DNA of 40,000 nt. It comes from Clostridium neonatale (GTDB lineage Bacteria; Bacillota; Clostridia; Clostridiales; Clostridiaceae). The position numbers were made by a program, and so were the translations under genes. Of this stretch, positions 1 through 10,511 are shown in pieces (positions within the stretch are counted from its first letter, which is position 1; each line of letters begins with the position of its first letter). The stretch covers positions 2,244,831 through 2,284,830 of the forward strand of contig NZ_LN890328.1 of assembly GCF_001458595.1 (NCBI RefSeq), read 5' to 3'. The notes beneath the pieces are model-generated. The model did not search any database and was not told where the DNA came from. It saw nothing but the letters and a program-made list of their open reading frames with translations.

Positions 1-629
1 CTTTCTCCTGATGTCTCACCTTGAAGTGTATACTGCATTCTACAGCTTTGAGCACACCTTCCTCTATTTCCACTTCTTCCACCAATCATTGAACTCATAA
101 GACATTGACCAGAGTAACATACACATAATGCACCATGTACAAATATTTCTGTTTCAATTCCAAGATCCTTTGAAATATATTTAATTTCATCTAAAGAAAG
201 CTCTCTTGATAATACTATTCTGTGAAGGCCTTTTTCATTAAAATATAACGCCCCTTCACCATTATGTATTGTCATCTGAGTTGATGCATGTAATTCAAGG
301 TCTGGATAAATCTTTTTACATGAATTTATAAGCCCAGTATCTTGAATTATAAGTGCATCAACACCTATTTCATAAAGATATCCAACATATTTAATAGCTT
401 CCTTTAATTCATTCTGCTTTAAAAGAGTATTCATTGTAACATATATTTTTACATTATAGCTATGAGCATAATCCACAGCTTTAACCATTTGTTCATTATC
501 AAAATTTGAAGCATATGCTCTTGCAGAAAATTTGCTTCCACCTAAATAAATTGCATCTGCTCCATTATTTATTGCAGCAACTAAACTCTCCATGCTTCCT
601 GCTGGAGCAAGTAATTCTATTTTTTCCAT
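1..629 (-). CDS. Peptidase U32 family protein (N-terminal part; runs off the window edge)
   Basis: Reverse-strand reading from ATG at 627-629: MEKIELLAPAGSMESLVAAINNGADAIYLGGSKFSARAYASNF..., typical U32 N-terminus, with GNRGRCAQSCR-type motif near the window start. Confidence 0.93.
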   Translation of the reverse strand, partial: MEKIELLAPAGSMESLVAAINNGADAIYLGGSKFSARAYASNFDNEQMVKAVDYAHSYNVKIYVTMNTLLKQNELKEAIKYVGYLYEIGVDALIIQDTGLINSCKKIYPDLELHASTQMTIHNGEGALYFNEKGLHRIVLSRELSLDEIKYISKDLGIETEIFVHGALCVCYSGQCLMSSMIGGRSGNRGRCAQSCRMQYTLQGETSGE

Positions 630-812
630 ATTAAACTTCATTTCCTCCACAATATGCTTTTACAAACTTATTCTTAAGTTTATCATCCTTAATAATATAC
701 TAAATTCAAAAAAATGCAAATAACAATTATTATTTATTCAAATTCTATGTAGCATAATTTTTATAAAAGAAAAAAGTCGGCAGAATTTTTCTACCGGCTC
801 TCTTCTTTTATA

Positions 813-2825
813 TTATCTCTTTTTAGCTATTGGCCCTATTTGCTCTTTTTTAACTTTTGCAACTTCAATTTGTGCATCAATTACTTTTGCTTGAAGTTCA
901 AAATATTTACTTTCATAATGCTTTGACTCTTCATGCATTTTTTGATTTTCCTTTGATATCTTTTCCATCTCAATTTCTATAGAATTGATTTTAGTTCTTT
1001 TTTCATCTAATTCTTCTTTAAGATTTTTTAATTGAGCTTCTTTTGTATCAATTGTATTTGATAGTCTTAAGAATATATCTTCTTTATCGCTCATTTCTTT
1101 TTCATATCTTGTTATTGCACGTTCTTTACTTGCAAGCTCCTCTTTTAATCTTCTAAAATCATATTCCTTAGTTTTTATTTCTTCTTCAATTTGAACTAAA
1201 CTATTATTCTTTTCTTCAAGCTCAGTCTCTAATCGTAATATTTCATTATCTTTGGCTTTTACTTTATCATTTAATTCTTGAGTTATTTTTTCATTTTCTC
1301 TCAAAGAATCATTTAATTCTGTTTTTAAATTAGAATTACTATTTTTAGTAAGTTCTAATTCTTCTTGAAGAACTTCAATATCTCTATCACTTTTTTCTAT
1401 TTCTTTTGATAACTCATCGTTTGTATCTCTCATATTATCAAGCTCAATATTTAAAGTATTCTTATCATCTTCTAATTTAGATATTTCTTCTTTTAATTCT
1501 TCAGTAATTAATAAAGTTTCTTCCAACTTATTATTTAATTCATTTTTCTCATTATTTAATTTTTGTATTAAACTTTCAAGTTCAATTTTCTCTTCATTGG
1601 CTTTATTTAATTTACCGTTTACTTCATTATTTATATTTTTTTCATTTTCTAATTGCTTCTTATAATCTAAAAGCTCATTATCGCACTCATTAAATAATTC
1701 ATTTAGTTCATCTATTTTCTCATTTAAATCAGATATTTCAACCTTATTATTTTCTAATTTTTCTATTAGTTTTGCTGCCTTTTCTTTTTCTGATTTCAAA
1801 TCATTATTTAAATTGCTTTCTGTAATTTTTAATTGATCAATTTCTTTAGATAATTTATTGTTTAATTCCTTTTCTGAATCAAGCATTTTTATTGTTTCAA
1901 TTTTTTCATTTATTTCTGCTTTTATATTATTATTAGCTTGTGTAAGCTTATTTGAAGTTTCCGCATGTAATCCTTTAATATGATCTAAATTCTTGTTACA
2001 TTCTTCGAAATCTTTAGATAATTTTTCTTTAGAAATAATTTCTTCTTCCAAAGTCACTTTCAATTTTTCTAAAGAATTTACAGCTTCTTCTTTTTCTGAA
2101 GTTAAATTTGTTAAACTATTAATTAAATTCTTTATTTTTTCATTAGCATTATTTAAATCATTAGTTAGCTTTTCTTCTTTTTCTTTATATCCATTTTTAA
2201 TATTTTCTTCTGATTCTTTATATTTATCAAATTCTTCTTTTACACTACTAAGCTCATTATTTAATGATTGATTAATATAGCTATGATTAGACTTAAGCTT
2301 TTCTATTTCTTCTAATAAATCTGCATTTGTATTTAGCGCTTGTTCTTTTTCAACAGTTGCTTCTGATAATTTTTTATCTAAATCTTCTATTTGTTTCTTT
2401 GCTGCTTCTAAATCATTTTCTAATGCAGTATAGTAAGATTCTTCATTCTTATATCTTTCTTTTAATTCCTTTTCCTTATTGGAAAATTCAATTTCTATAT
2501 CACTTTTTTCCTTTGAAAGTTGTTCAAAACTTTCTTTAAGTTTGTCTAATTTACTTTTTAATATTGAATTTTCTTCTGAAACATTTTTTTGATTTTTCTC
2601 AATGTTTTCTAATTCATACCCACATTCAAAAAGTTCATCTGTTATATTTACGGCTGCCAAAACTGTTGAATCAAGTAAACTTAATCCTGTTTTTTTATTT
2701 GCTATTTCTTTTATTTTATTATCTACAAAATTTGCAACTCCAAATAAATACTTTTCATCTTTATCCCCTTTTAGATTATAAGTCATCCCATTTATATCAA
2801 CCGATATTTTATACATCAATAACAC
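813..2825 (-). CDS. zapA: ZapA-domain protein with very long C-terminal coiled coil
   Basis: The first ~90 aa (KISVDINGMTYNLKGDKDEKYLFGVANFVDNKIKEI...TVLAAVNITDELFE) match the ZapA pattern; the following ~570 aa are heptad-rich coiled coil. Sits directly upstream of the U32 peptidase. Confidence 0.75.
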   Translation of the reverse strand: MLLMYKISVDINGMTYNLKGDKDEKYLFGVANFVDNKIKEIANKKTGLSLLDSTVLAAVNITDELFECGYELENIEKNQKNVSEENSILKSKLDKLKESFEQLSKEKSDIEIEFSNKEKELKERYKNEESYYTALENDLEAAKKQIEDLDKKLSEATVEKEQALNTNADLLEEIEKLKSNHSYINQSLNNELSSVKEEFDKYKESEENIKNGYKEKEEKLTNDLNNANEKIKNLINSLTNLTSEKEEAVNSLEKLKVTLEEEIISKEKLSKDFEECNKNLDHIKGLHAETSNKLTQANNNIKAEINEKIETIKMLDSEKELNNKLSKEIDQLKITESNLNNDLKSEKEKAAKLIEKLENNKVEISDLNEKIDELNELFNECDNELLDYKKQLENEKNINNEVNGKLNKANEEKIELESLIQKLNNEKNELNNKLEETLLITEELKEEISKLEDDKNTLNIELDNMRDTNDELSKEIEKSDRDIEVLQEELELTKNSNSNLKTELNDSLRENEKITQELNDKVKAKDNEILRLETELEEKNNSLVQIEEEIKTKEYDFRRLKEELASKERAITRYEKEMSDKEDIFLRLSNTIDTKEAQLKNLKEELDEKRTKINSIEIEMEKISKENQKMHEESKHYESKYFELQAKVIDAQIEVAKVKKEQIGPIAKKR

Positions 2826-3174
2826 CTCGTAAAATTCTTTATCACTTTTAATTATAGGACATATTTCCTAATAAGACAATTGCGTAAAGCCTGTCTATAA
2901 GTAGATTTTTCATATAAATTTATATTTTGCTTAAAATAATTACATTTATTTCCTTTATATTATATCTCAGTTTTATTAATATTCAAAATACTTTTTTAAA
3001 TTTCATTTTCTATGCTATACTTATTTTAATTATTTATATAAAAACTTTATTTTATTATTATTGAAGATAAGATATTTTTATATTGATTTAATATACCTTA
3101 TTGTAATAAAATATCTTAGTGTTATTGATTAATAATATATTCATTGGTTAATAATCTAAAATAAAGTTAATTGG

Positions 3175-4536
3175 GTGGTGAGTACAATTAATATAAAATC
3201 TATATTAAGTATAATTCTAGCAAAAACTGCTGCATACCTTTCAAAGCATCTTTTTAAAGGCGGAACTAATTTCCCGGGAAAAATTGCTTTAAAAATTGAT
3301 AAAAATGTATTAAAAACTGTTTGCAAAGGATATAAAGTTATCTTAGTTACTGGAACTAATGGTAAAACAACAACTACTAGCATGATTTATAATATATTAA
3401 ATGAAAATAAATTTGATGTTATTACAAATAATACTGGTGCTAATTTATATACAGGCATAGTAGCTTGTTTCATTTCAAATTTCTCTTTTTTTAAGAAAAG
3501 AGAAAATGCTTATGCTGTAATTGAAGTTGATGAAGCAAATGTTAAATTCATTACTGAGCATATAACACCTGAAATAATAACTGTAACTAACCTTTTTAGG
3601 GATCAATTAGATAGATATGGTGAAGTTTACACAACTCTAAATAAAATTCTAGAAGGTGTTCGTAATGCTCCATCTTCTAAATTAATTTTAAATGGTGATG
3701 AATCTTTACTTGGAAAATTGAATTTAAATAATCCTTCTATGTATTATGGATTTAATGTTCCAATAAACGAAAATACTACTCTTGAGATTAATGCTGATGC
3801 AAAGTTCTGTAAATTCTGTAAAGCACCATACAAATATAATTTTGTAACTTATAATCATTTAGGTGATTTTTACTGTCCAGAATGTGATTATAAAAGACCA
3901 AATTTAAATTATGCTGTAAATAAAATATTTGATTTAAATCCAGACAATTCCTCTGTTTTAATTAATAATACTGAGGTCTTCATAAGTCAATCTGGAGCTT
4001 ATAATATTTATAATGCTTTAACTGCTTTTTCAGTAGCTAAAGAACTTAATATTGATGATTCTGTAATAAAAACTTCTCTTCAAAGTCAAGAGTCAAGCTT
4101 TGGTAGACAAGAAGAGATAAAAATAGATAATAAAGATTTAAAAATAATTTTAGTTAAAAATCCAGCTGGGTATAATCAAGCTTTAGATACTTTATCACTT
4201 AATAAAGATCCATTCTCTGCAGTATTTATGCTTAATGATAATTATGCAGATGGACGTGATGTTTCTTGGATATGGGATGTTGATTTCGAAAAAATCTCTA
4301 CTCTCCCAATAGAAGATATTTTTGTTTCTGGGCTTAGAATGTACGATATGGCTGTTAGATTAAAAGTTTGTGGATTAGATCCTGACAAATTTATTTTACA
4401 AGAAGATTATGAAGCCTTAACTGAAAAAATTAAAACTTCTTCTTCAAATAAAATATATATCCTTGCAACTTATACGGCCATGATAAACTATCGAAAATAC
4501 CTACATTCAAAAGGTTATATTAAAAAGTTGTGGTAA
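3175..4536 (+). CDS. murT: MurT-like Mur ligase, lipid II isoglutaminyl synthase subunit
   Basis: VTGTNGKTTTTSMIYNIL P-loop, FCKFCKAPYKYNFVTYNHLGDFYCPECDYKRP Zn-ribbon typical of MurT, followed by gatD. Confidence 0.93.
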   Translation: MVSTINIKSILSIILAKTAAYLSKHLFKGGTNFPGKIALKIDKNVLKTVCKGYKVILVTGTNGKTTTTSMIYNILNENKFDVITNNTGANLYTGIVACFISNFSFFKKRENAYAVIEVDEANVKFITEHITPEIITVTNLFRDQLDRYGEVYTTLNKILEGVRNAPSSKLILNGDESLLGKLNLNNPSMYYGFNVPINENTTLEINADAKFCKFCKAPYKYNFVTYNHLGDFYCPECDYKRPNLNYAVNKIFDLNPDNSSVLINNTEVFISQSGAYNIYNALTAFSVAKELNIDDSVIKTSLQSQESSFGRQEEIKIDNKDLKIILVKNPAGYNQALDTLSLNKDPFSAVFMLNDNYADGRDVSWIWDVDFEKISTLPIEDIFVSGLRMYDMAVRLKVCGLDPDKFILQEDYEALTEKIKTSSSNKIYILATYTAMINYRKYLHSKGYIKKLW

Positions 4537-4554
4537 ACGAAGGAGGCATATAAA

Positions 4555-5286
4555 ATGGAATTAACAATTTGTCATTTATACCCTGATTTACTAAATGTAT
4601 ACGGCGATGTAGGAAATGTACTTATTTTAAAACATAGAGCATCACTTCGTGGCATAGATGTTAATATAGTAAACTCTTCTTTAAATGATACTTTAGATAA
4701 AGACAATATAGACATTATTTTCTTTGGTGGTGGCCAAGATTATGAGCAGTCTATTGTTTCAAATGATTTAAATACAATAAAAAAAGATGATATTAAAGAA
4801 TATATAGAAGATGGTAAAGTATTTCTTGCAATTTGCGGTGGATATCAACTACTTGGAAAATACTACACAGCTCCAAATGGTGAAAAAATAAACGGACTTG
4901 GTATATTAAATATTTATACTGAGGGGGGAGATACTAGATTTATTGGTAATACAGAAATATACAATGAATCTTTTGATGAAACTTATGTTGGGTTTGAAAA
5001 TCATTCTGGAAGAACATATATAAATGATCATACTCCTCTTGGAAAATGCATTCATGGCTATGGAAATAATGGTCAAGATGGATATGAAGGATGTATATAC
5101 AAAAATACTTTTGGTTCATATTTTCATGGTTCTTTCTTATCAAAAAATCCCGAATTTGCTGATAGATTATTATTATTAGCTCTTCAAAATAAATATGGTA
5201 CTGATGTAAAATTAGATCTTTTAGATGATGAACTTGAATTAAAAGCAAAATCTGTTATAAAGGAAAGACTTAAAACTGATAAATAA
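4555..5286 (+). CDS. gatD: GatD-like type 1 glutamine amidotransferase, lipid II isoglutaminyl synthase subunit
   Basis: ICHLYPDLLNVYGDVGNV..., FFGGGQDYEQ, LAICGGYQLLG, GYGNNGQDGYEG; coupled to murT. Confidence 0.93.
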   Translation: MELTICHLYPDLLNVYGDVGNVLILKHRASLRGIDVNIVNSSLNDTLDKDNIDIIFFGGGQDYEQSIVSNDLNTIKKDDIKEYIEDGKVFLAICGGYQLLGKYYTAPNGEKINGLGILNIYTEGGDTRFIGNTEIYNESFDETYVGFENHSGRTYINDHTPLGKCIHGYGNNGQDGYEGCIYKNTFGSYFHGSFLSKNPEFADRLLLLALQNKYGTDVKLDLLDDELELKAKSVIKERLKTDK

Positions 5287-5502
5287 AAATATTATTTATA
5301 TTTTTATTTATGTAAAAGTTATACATGGTAATTATCAATTATGCTTTTTCAGTTTTTAATTAAATGTAAAGATTATTCTGCATTTCTTTAAACTGGGTGT
5401 TTTAAACTTTTTCTATAATAAATCATACTTCATCGTTCATTGACAATTCAAATATGTTATACTAAAAATACTTAATTTATAAATAGAAGTGGAGAGATTG
5501 AC

Positions 5503-6795
5503 TTGAAAAAAAACTTTATTTTAAAAACCCTTGTATTAACTCTTTCAGTTTCATTATTTAGTTCTTTTGGCACTTTTAACCTTAACACTAGCGCTTCTGC
5601 TGCCGAAGCTGAACCCAGTATAGTAGCACAATCAGCTATAACTATGGACTTAGAAACTGGAGAAATAATTTATTCTAAAGAGGCTGATGCTCAGCATTAT
5701 CCAGCAAGTACAACTAAATTATTAACCGGCTTACTATTAGCTGAAAATAAACAAAAGAGCGATCAGTTAGTTTATACAGAAGCTGCAAAAGCTCAGCCTG
5801 CATATTCTTTAGATCACAGTTTTATGGGTGGATCAATAAAAGTTGGTGATAAGATTTCAGCTGACGATATAATGAAAGGTTTATTACTCTTCTCTGGAAA
5901 TGATACTGCTTATGTTATATCTGATAACGTTGCTGGAGATTCAACAAAGTTTGCAGAAATGATGAATGCCAAAGCTAAAGAACTTGGTGCAAACAACAGT
6001 AATTTCGTAACACCTAATGGATTACATGATGATAATCACTATACTACTGCATATGATCTTTCTTTAATAACAAAAGCAGCCTTTGGTAATGAATGGGAAA
6101 GAAGCGTTATGGAATTACCAGAAGCATCTATATATATTAATGGTTCTAAAGTTATGCTTGAAAATAGAAATTTAACTCTAGGCAAAAATGGTAATATAGG
6201 TGGAAAAACTGGATACACTAGCCTTGCTGGTGGATGCTTAGCTACTGTTTATGAAAGAGATGGAAGAAAAATCGTTGGTGTAGTTTTAAAAAGTACTCAA
6301 GTTGATAATGAAGATCCAACTAAATTCAATGATATGGATGCTATTATGAATTATAGCTATGATGTTCAAAAAGAAGTTTATAAATCAAGTGGTGAAGAAG
6401 TTGGAACTGCTTCTGTTGAATATAAATCATTTGGATTCTTTGGTCCAAAGAAAACTGTTAATGTTCCTATCAAATTAGCACAAGATGTTACATATTATAA
6501 AAATGCTATAAATGATGCTGAATCAAAAATAAATTATTCTAGCAGTAACGCTAGCGCTTGGAATCTTATATTTAATAAAGATGTTCAATTAACTTATACT
6601 ACAAGAAATCATAGTGAAAATGTTGCTGGTACTGTTGAAATTTCATTAGGAACTATTCTTAAAGATAATTTATTATTATATATTGGAACACTTGTTGGAA
6701 TAATAATAATAATTTCATTAATATTTATGCTTAAAAGCTTATCTTTTAATAGAAGAAATAGAAGATCTAGCTATAGAAGAGGAAGAAGAAGATAA
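5503..6795 (+). CDS. D-alanyl-D-alanine carboxypeptidase (penicillin-binding protein, S11 family)
   Basis: Signal peptide; SxxK motif ASTTKLLTG, SGN motif (LLFSGNDTAY), KTG motif (GGKTGYT), C-terminal TM anchor. Confidence 0.93.
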   Translation: MKKNFILKTLVLTLSVSLFSSFGTFNLNTSASAAEAEPSIVAQSAITMDLETGEIIYSKEADAQHYPASTTKLLTGLLLAENKQKSDQLVYTEAAKAQPAYSLDHSFMGGSIKVGDKISADDIMKGLLLFSGNDTAYVISDNVAGDSTKFAEMMNAKAKELGANNSNFVTPNGLHDDNHYTTAYDLSLITKAAFGNEWERSVMELPEASIYINGSKVMLENRNLTLGKNGNIGGKTGYTSLAGGCLATVYERDGRKIVGVVLKSTQVDNEDPTKFNDMDAIMNYSYDVQKEVYKSSGEEVGTASVEYKSFGFFGPKKTVNVPIKLAQDVTYYKNAINDAESKINYSSSNASAWNLIFNKDVQLTYTTRNHSENVAGTVEISLGTILKDNLLLYIGTLVGIIIIISLIFMLKSLSFNRRNRRSSYRRGRRR

Positions 6796-6797
6796 TA

Positions 6798-7466
6798 ATG
6801 AGTAAAACGGAACTTAAAGGAAGTGTAATCTTAAATCCAGTCCCAGTTGTTTTAGTTACATCAAGAAATAAAGAAGGTAAAAATAATGTTTTTACCGTTG
6901 GATGGACTGGTACAATTAATACAAAACCTCCTATGCTTTATATTTCAATAAGACCTGAAAGATTATCATACGAATATATAAAAGAGTCTATGGACTTTGT
7001 AATTAATATGCCTAGTTCTGATTTAGTAAAAGCTGTTGATTACTGTGGTGTAAAGCCCGGAAGAAAATTTGATAAAATAGATGACATGAATTTTACACTA
7101 AGTGAAAGTACATTTGTTTCAGCCCCTTATATTAATGAATGTCCTGTAAATATTGAATGTAAAGTAAAAAATATAATACCTCTTGGTACGCATGATATGT
7201 TTATAGCTGAAGTTGTATCATCTCATGTTAATGAAGATTTATTTGATGAAAATGGTAAAATTCACTTTGAAAATGCTAACCTGATATCTTATTGCCATGG
7301 TGAATACTTTCCATTAAGTAAAAAGGCTATTGGTTCTTTTGGTTTTTCAGTAATGAAGAAAAAAACTTTAAAACGTAAAAGCTTAGAAGAAAAGAATAAA
7401 AAATCAAAAATCAAAAATAAATCTTCTTCTGGAAAGAAAAAAACATCTAATAAAAAAAGAAAATAA
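6798..7466 (+). CDS. Flavin reductase family protein (FMN-binding)
   Basis: NPVPVVLVTSRNKEGKNNVFTVGWTGTINTKPPMLYISIRPERLSYEYI..., with lysine-rich C-terminal tail. Confidence 0.88.
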   Translation: MSKTELKGSVILNPVPVVLVTSRNKEGKNNVFTVGWTGTINTKPPMLYISIRPERLSYEYIKESMDFVINMPSSDLVKAVDYCGVKPGRKFDKIDDMNFTLSESTFVSAPYINECPVNIECKVKNIIPLGTHDMFIAEVVSSHVNEDLFDENGKIHFENANLISYCHGEYFPLSKKAIGSFGFSVMKKKTLKRKSLEEKNKKSKIKNKSSSGKKKTSNKKRK

Positions 7467-7536
7467 TATAAAAATCACTAGAAATTAATCATCTTTCTAG
7501 TGATTTTTTAACTTTAATCTTATTAAATATTATTTT

Positions 7537-8379
7537 TTAACCTTTTAAGCTCTTAAATCCTTCTCCAAGCACTTCACTTGTCTCGCTTACAGTAATGAAT
7601 GCACTGCTATCATTTTCTTTTATAAACTGTTTTAATTTTATAAATTGACTTCTTGTCAATATAGTTAATATAACGCAGTTATCCTGTCCTGTATATCCAC
7701 CCTTTCCATGAAAGACTGTACATCCTCTATGTATTTCCTTTATTATATAATCCGAAACCACTTTTTCTTTTTTAGTAAATACCATTACCTGTTTAGATAC
7801 ATTAATACCATCTATAAACTTATCAATTAAAGTACTTGTTAAATAAACACTTAATAATCCAAATAATGCAAGCTCTGTTCCAAAAGTAAACATAGCTAAA
7901 ATAATTACAATAGAATCTGATATTAAAAGACCTTTTCCAAAATCTATATTAAAATACTTGCTAATAAGTTTAGCTGTTATACTTGTTCCACCTGTAGTTG
8001 CATTCTGGGTAAGCATAATTGCTGTTCCTAAGGCTAATAATGCACTTCCAAATATAGATGCAAGTATTAAATTATCTGTAAAGGGTACTACATCAAAATT
8101 TCTTTCAATTACTGATAATGATATTGATAATCCAAAAGCTGCATATAAACTTTTTATACCAAAGCTTTTACCAAGAAACATAAATGCTAATGCAAATAGC
8201 ACAACATTACATATGTTCATTACTATTCCTGTCTTAATTCCAAGTAATTTATTTATTACAAGAGCTAATCCAGATATTCCTCCAGACGCTATTTCATTTG
8301 GGAAAAAGAAAAATTGTAATGATATTACTACTATTGCTATACCTAATGTTATAATTGCGTATTCTTTTAACTTTTTCAT
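7537..8379 (-). CDS. YitT family membrane protein (DUF161/DUF2179)
   Basis: FPNEIASGGISGLALVINKLLG, TGGTSITAKLISKYF, C-terminal VFHGKGGYTGQDNCVILTILTR domain. Confidence 0.92.
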   Translation of the reverse strand: MKKLKEYAIITLGIAIVVISLQFFFFPNEIASGGISGLALVINKLLGIKTGIVMNICNVVLFALAFMFLGKSFGIKSLYAAFGLSISLSVIERNFDVVPFTDNLILASIFGSALLALGTAIMLTQNATTGGTSITAKLISKYFNIDFGKGLLISDSIVIILAMFTFGTELALFGLLSVYLTSTLIDKFIDGINVSKQVMVFTKKEKVVSDYIIKEIHRGCTVFHGKGGYTGQDNCVILTILTRSQFIKLKQFIKENDSSAFITVSETSEVLGEGFKSLKG

Positions 8380-8660
8380 TATTTCCTCCTATACATTCTA
8401 AAATTAATGTTATCATTATTCATAGATGATATATTATCACAGATTTCAAATATTAATCTTCTATAGTTTGCATCAAATATCAATATTTTATATAAAATTT
8501 TTTAAAATAAACACTTATAAGTACGTGAAATTACAAATGTTAAAATCACAATATAAAAAAAATAAGATACTCTAAAATAATATTCTAGAATATCTTAACT
8601 GATTTATAATTGATTTATATTTTAATAAACTATATAGTTTTATATGTATATCATTTCTAA

Positions 8661-8850
8661 TCAAAATATATCATTAAATAAATTCAATAATAATAGAGTA
8701 AGTATCACATTCATAATTCCAGCAATTCCAATAGAAAGTATGCTTATTCCACCTTGAACTTTTCCAAATTATAAGACTTTAATTGAGTTTAGTTTTTCTC
8801 TCCCTATATATTCCTATTTCAGAAGAAGCTAGTGAATACTAATGAAAATA
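8661..8850 (-). pseudogene. Remnant of LrgB-like gene 3' end
   Basis: Reverse-strand reading FGKVQGGISILSIGIAGIMNVILTLLLLNLFNDIF* resembles the LrgB C-terminus (EGA.S.LAIG.AG..T..) but has an in-frame stop just upstream and no intact 5' part; lies directly after lrgA where lrgB is expected. Confidence 0.65.
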
Positions 8851-8855
8851 GTAAA

Positions 8856-9245
8856 TTACCTGGTATTACTTCCGATATCTTCACCTTCATTCATTTCTAT
8901 TTTTTTCTTGCTTGATATAAATCGAATAATTGTACCAATCCCACCCATTATTACCATTGTTGTTATAACATATACAATAAATATTTGAATGCATGTAGAT
9001 TTTATTATATCCATTGAAGGCATAAGTCCAACTCCTACTGGAATAAAAAATAGCAATAAATGACTTAATAAACACTCTGATTCAATTTCAATATTTTTAA
9101 TCTTCAAAATTTTTCTACATAGCAATATGAATAATATAAGCATTCCCAATATATTCCCCGGTACAGGTAAATTTAATATTGATGATATAAATTCACCTAT
9201 TAAGTAAATTCCAAGAATAATCAATGTTTCTCTAAAAAGCTCCAT
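8856..9245 (-). CDS. lrgA: CidA/LrgA family protein
   Basis: LIILGIYLIGEFISSILNLPVPGNILGMLILFILLC...LLLFFIPVGVGLM motif. Confidence 0.9.
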   Translation of the reverse strand: MELFRETLIILGIYLIGEFISSILNLPVPGNILGMLILFILLCRKILKIKNIEIESECLLSHLLLFFIPVGVGLMPSMDIIKSTCIQIFIVYVITTMVIMGGIGTIIRFISSKKKIEMNEGEDIGSNTR

Positions 9246-9639
9246 CTTTCTGCCCCTTTCAATTATTCCTCAAGATTCCTTTATCCCAATTACCAAGTTA
9301 TATACTATACAATTTAACACTATTTAATTAATAAGTAAATTATTGATTTAGCTTATATGTAGATAAAATCATATATAATATATTAATAACTTATATTTAT
9401 AGTAATTAAATGCAATTTTTAAATGTTTTTCCTGTGATTTAAATATAAACCTAATCTGATCTTAAATAAATTAATATTTATATACATAAAACTTCATTTA
9501 TTTAAGATAATATTTCTCAAAACTAATATGCTTAGTATTTCTCAATAATCTATACAATAAATTTAATATCCTTAGTATAATGTATACATACACTAAATCG
9601 TGCTCTTAGTGTCTTAACTCGATTGAAATAGTAATGTAT

Positions 9640-9681
9640 AAAAAGATGCTTCAAGATATTGTTTCTTGAAGCATCTTTTTA
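9640..9681. terminator. Intrinsic, probably bidirectional terminator
   Basis: AAAAAGATGCTTCAAGATATTGTTTCTTGAAGCATCTTTTT perfect stem with A/T flanks, 3' of the ABC operon. Confidence 0.85.
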
Positions 9682-9683
9682 TA

Positions 9684-10511
9684 TCAATTATTATTTTCAT
9701 TAACTAATTTTTTCTGTACCACAGCTACTATTTCATACATTAAAAAAGCAACAATTGATAAAATAACAATACTCATCATTACCATGTCAAGCTGTGCGAC
9801 CTGTCCTCCATATATTATTAAGAATCCTAAGCCTTCTTTAGCAACTAAGAATTCTCCCATAATTACACCAACCCAAGATAATCCCACATTTATTTTTAAT
9901 GCAGATATAAAAACAGGAATTGAATATGGAAAAACTAAAAACTTAAGCATTTGGATTTTTGATGCGCCAAAGGTCTTCATCAGCATGATTTTTTCATCCT
10001 CTATTTCATTAAATCCTGTTAATATGCTGATTATTGTAGTTACAATGGAAATCAATAATGTTATTACAATTATTGCTGGTTTTCCATTACCTATCCAAAA
10101 TATTATAATTGGAGCTAATGCTACTTTAGGAAGCGCATTTAATACTACTAAATATGGATCTAATATTTTTGATACAAATGGACACCACCATAATATAACT
10201 GCAATTATTCCACCTAATACAGTTCCTAGCGTAAATCCTATTATTGTCTCATAACATGTTACCAATATATGATTTAATAAGTTTCCATCTTCATATAACG
10301 ATATGAACGATTTTATAACTCTGCTAGGACTAGATGTTAAAAATGGATCTATCCATTTTAAATCAGCTGCAATTTGCCACAAGCCTATAAAGATCACAAG
10401 AATAAGAATTCTGCTTATTATTATTTTTCTCTTACTAGCTTTAACGCTTTTTAGATATATCTCATGCTCTTTACTAATATTCTTTTCTTCTGCCTTATTC
10501 ATTGCACTCAT
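9684..10511 (-). CDS. ABC transporter permease (SsuC/TauC/NrtB type)
   Basis: GLWQIAADLKWIDPFLTSSPSRV, LGLIIAVILWWCPFVSKILDPYLVVLNALPKVALAPIIIFWIGNGKPAII. Confidence 0.92.
   Translation of the reverse strand: MSAMNKAEEKNISKEHEIYLKSVKASKRKIIISRILILVIFIGLWQIAADLKWIDPFLTSSPSRVIKSFISLYEDGNLLNHILVTCYETIIGFTLGTVLGGIIAVILWWCPFVSKILDPYLVVLNALPKVALAPIIIFWIGNGKPAIIVITLLISIVTTIISILTGFNEIEDEKIMLMKTFGASKIQMLKFLVFPYSIPVFISALKINVGLSWVGVIMGEFLVAKEGLGFLIIYGGQVAQLDMVMMSIVILSIVAFLMYEIVAVVQKKLVNENNN

Noticed and set aside
1993-2539. Plus-strand ORFs antisense to the ZapA-like gene
   Set aside because: Low-complexity Ser/Leu/Phe-rich mirror ORFs caused by the coiled-coil codon bias of the opposite strand.
2826-3174. 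Search for a riboswitch or T-box upstream of murT
   Set aside because: Only AT-rich sequence with no recognisable conserved T-box or riboswitch core was found.
8887-9075. 62-aa minus-strand ORF inside lrgA
   Set aside because: Alternative frame within a well-supported lrgA gene; Tyr/Asn-rich artefact.
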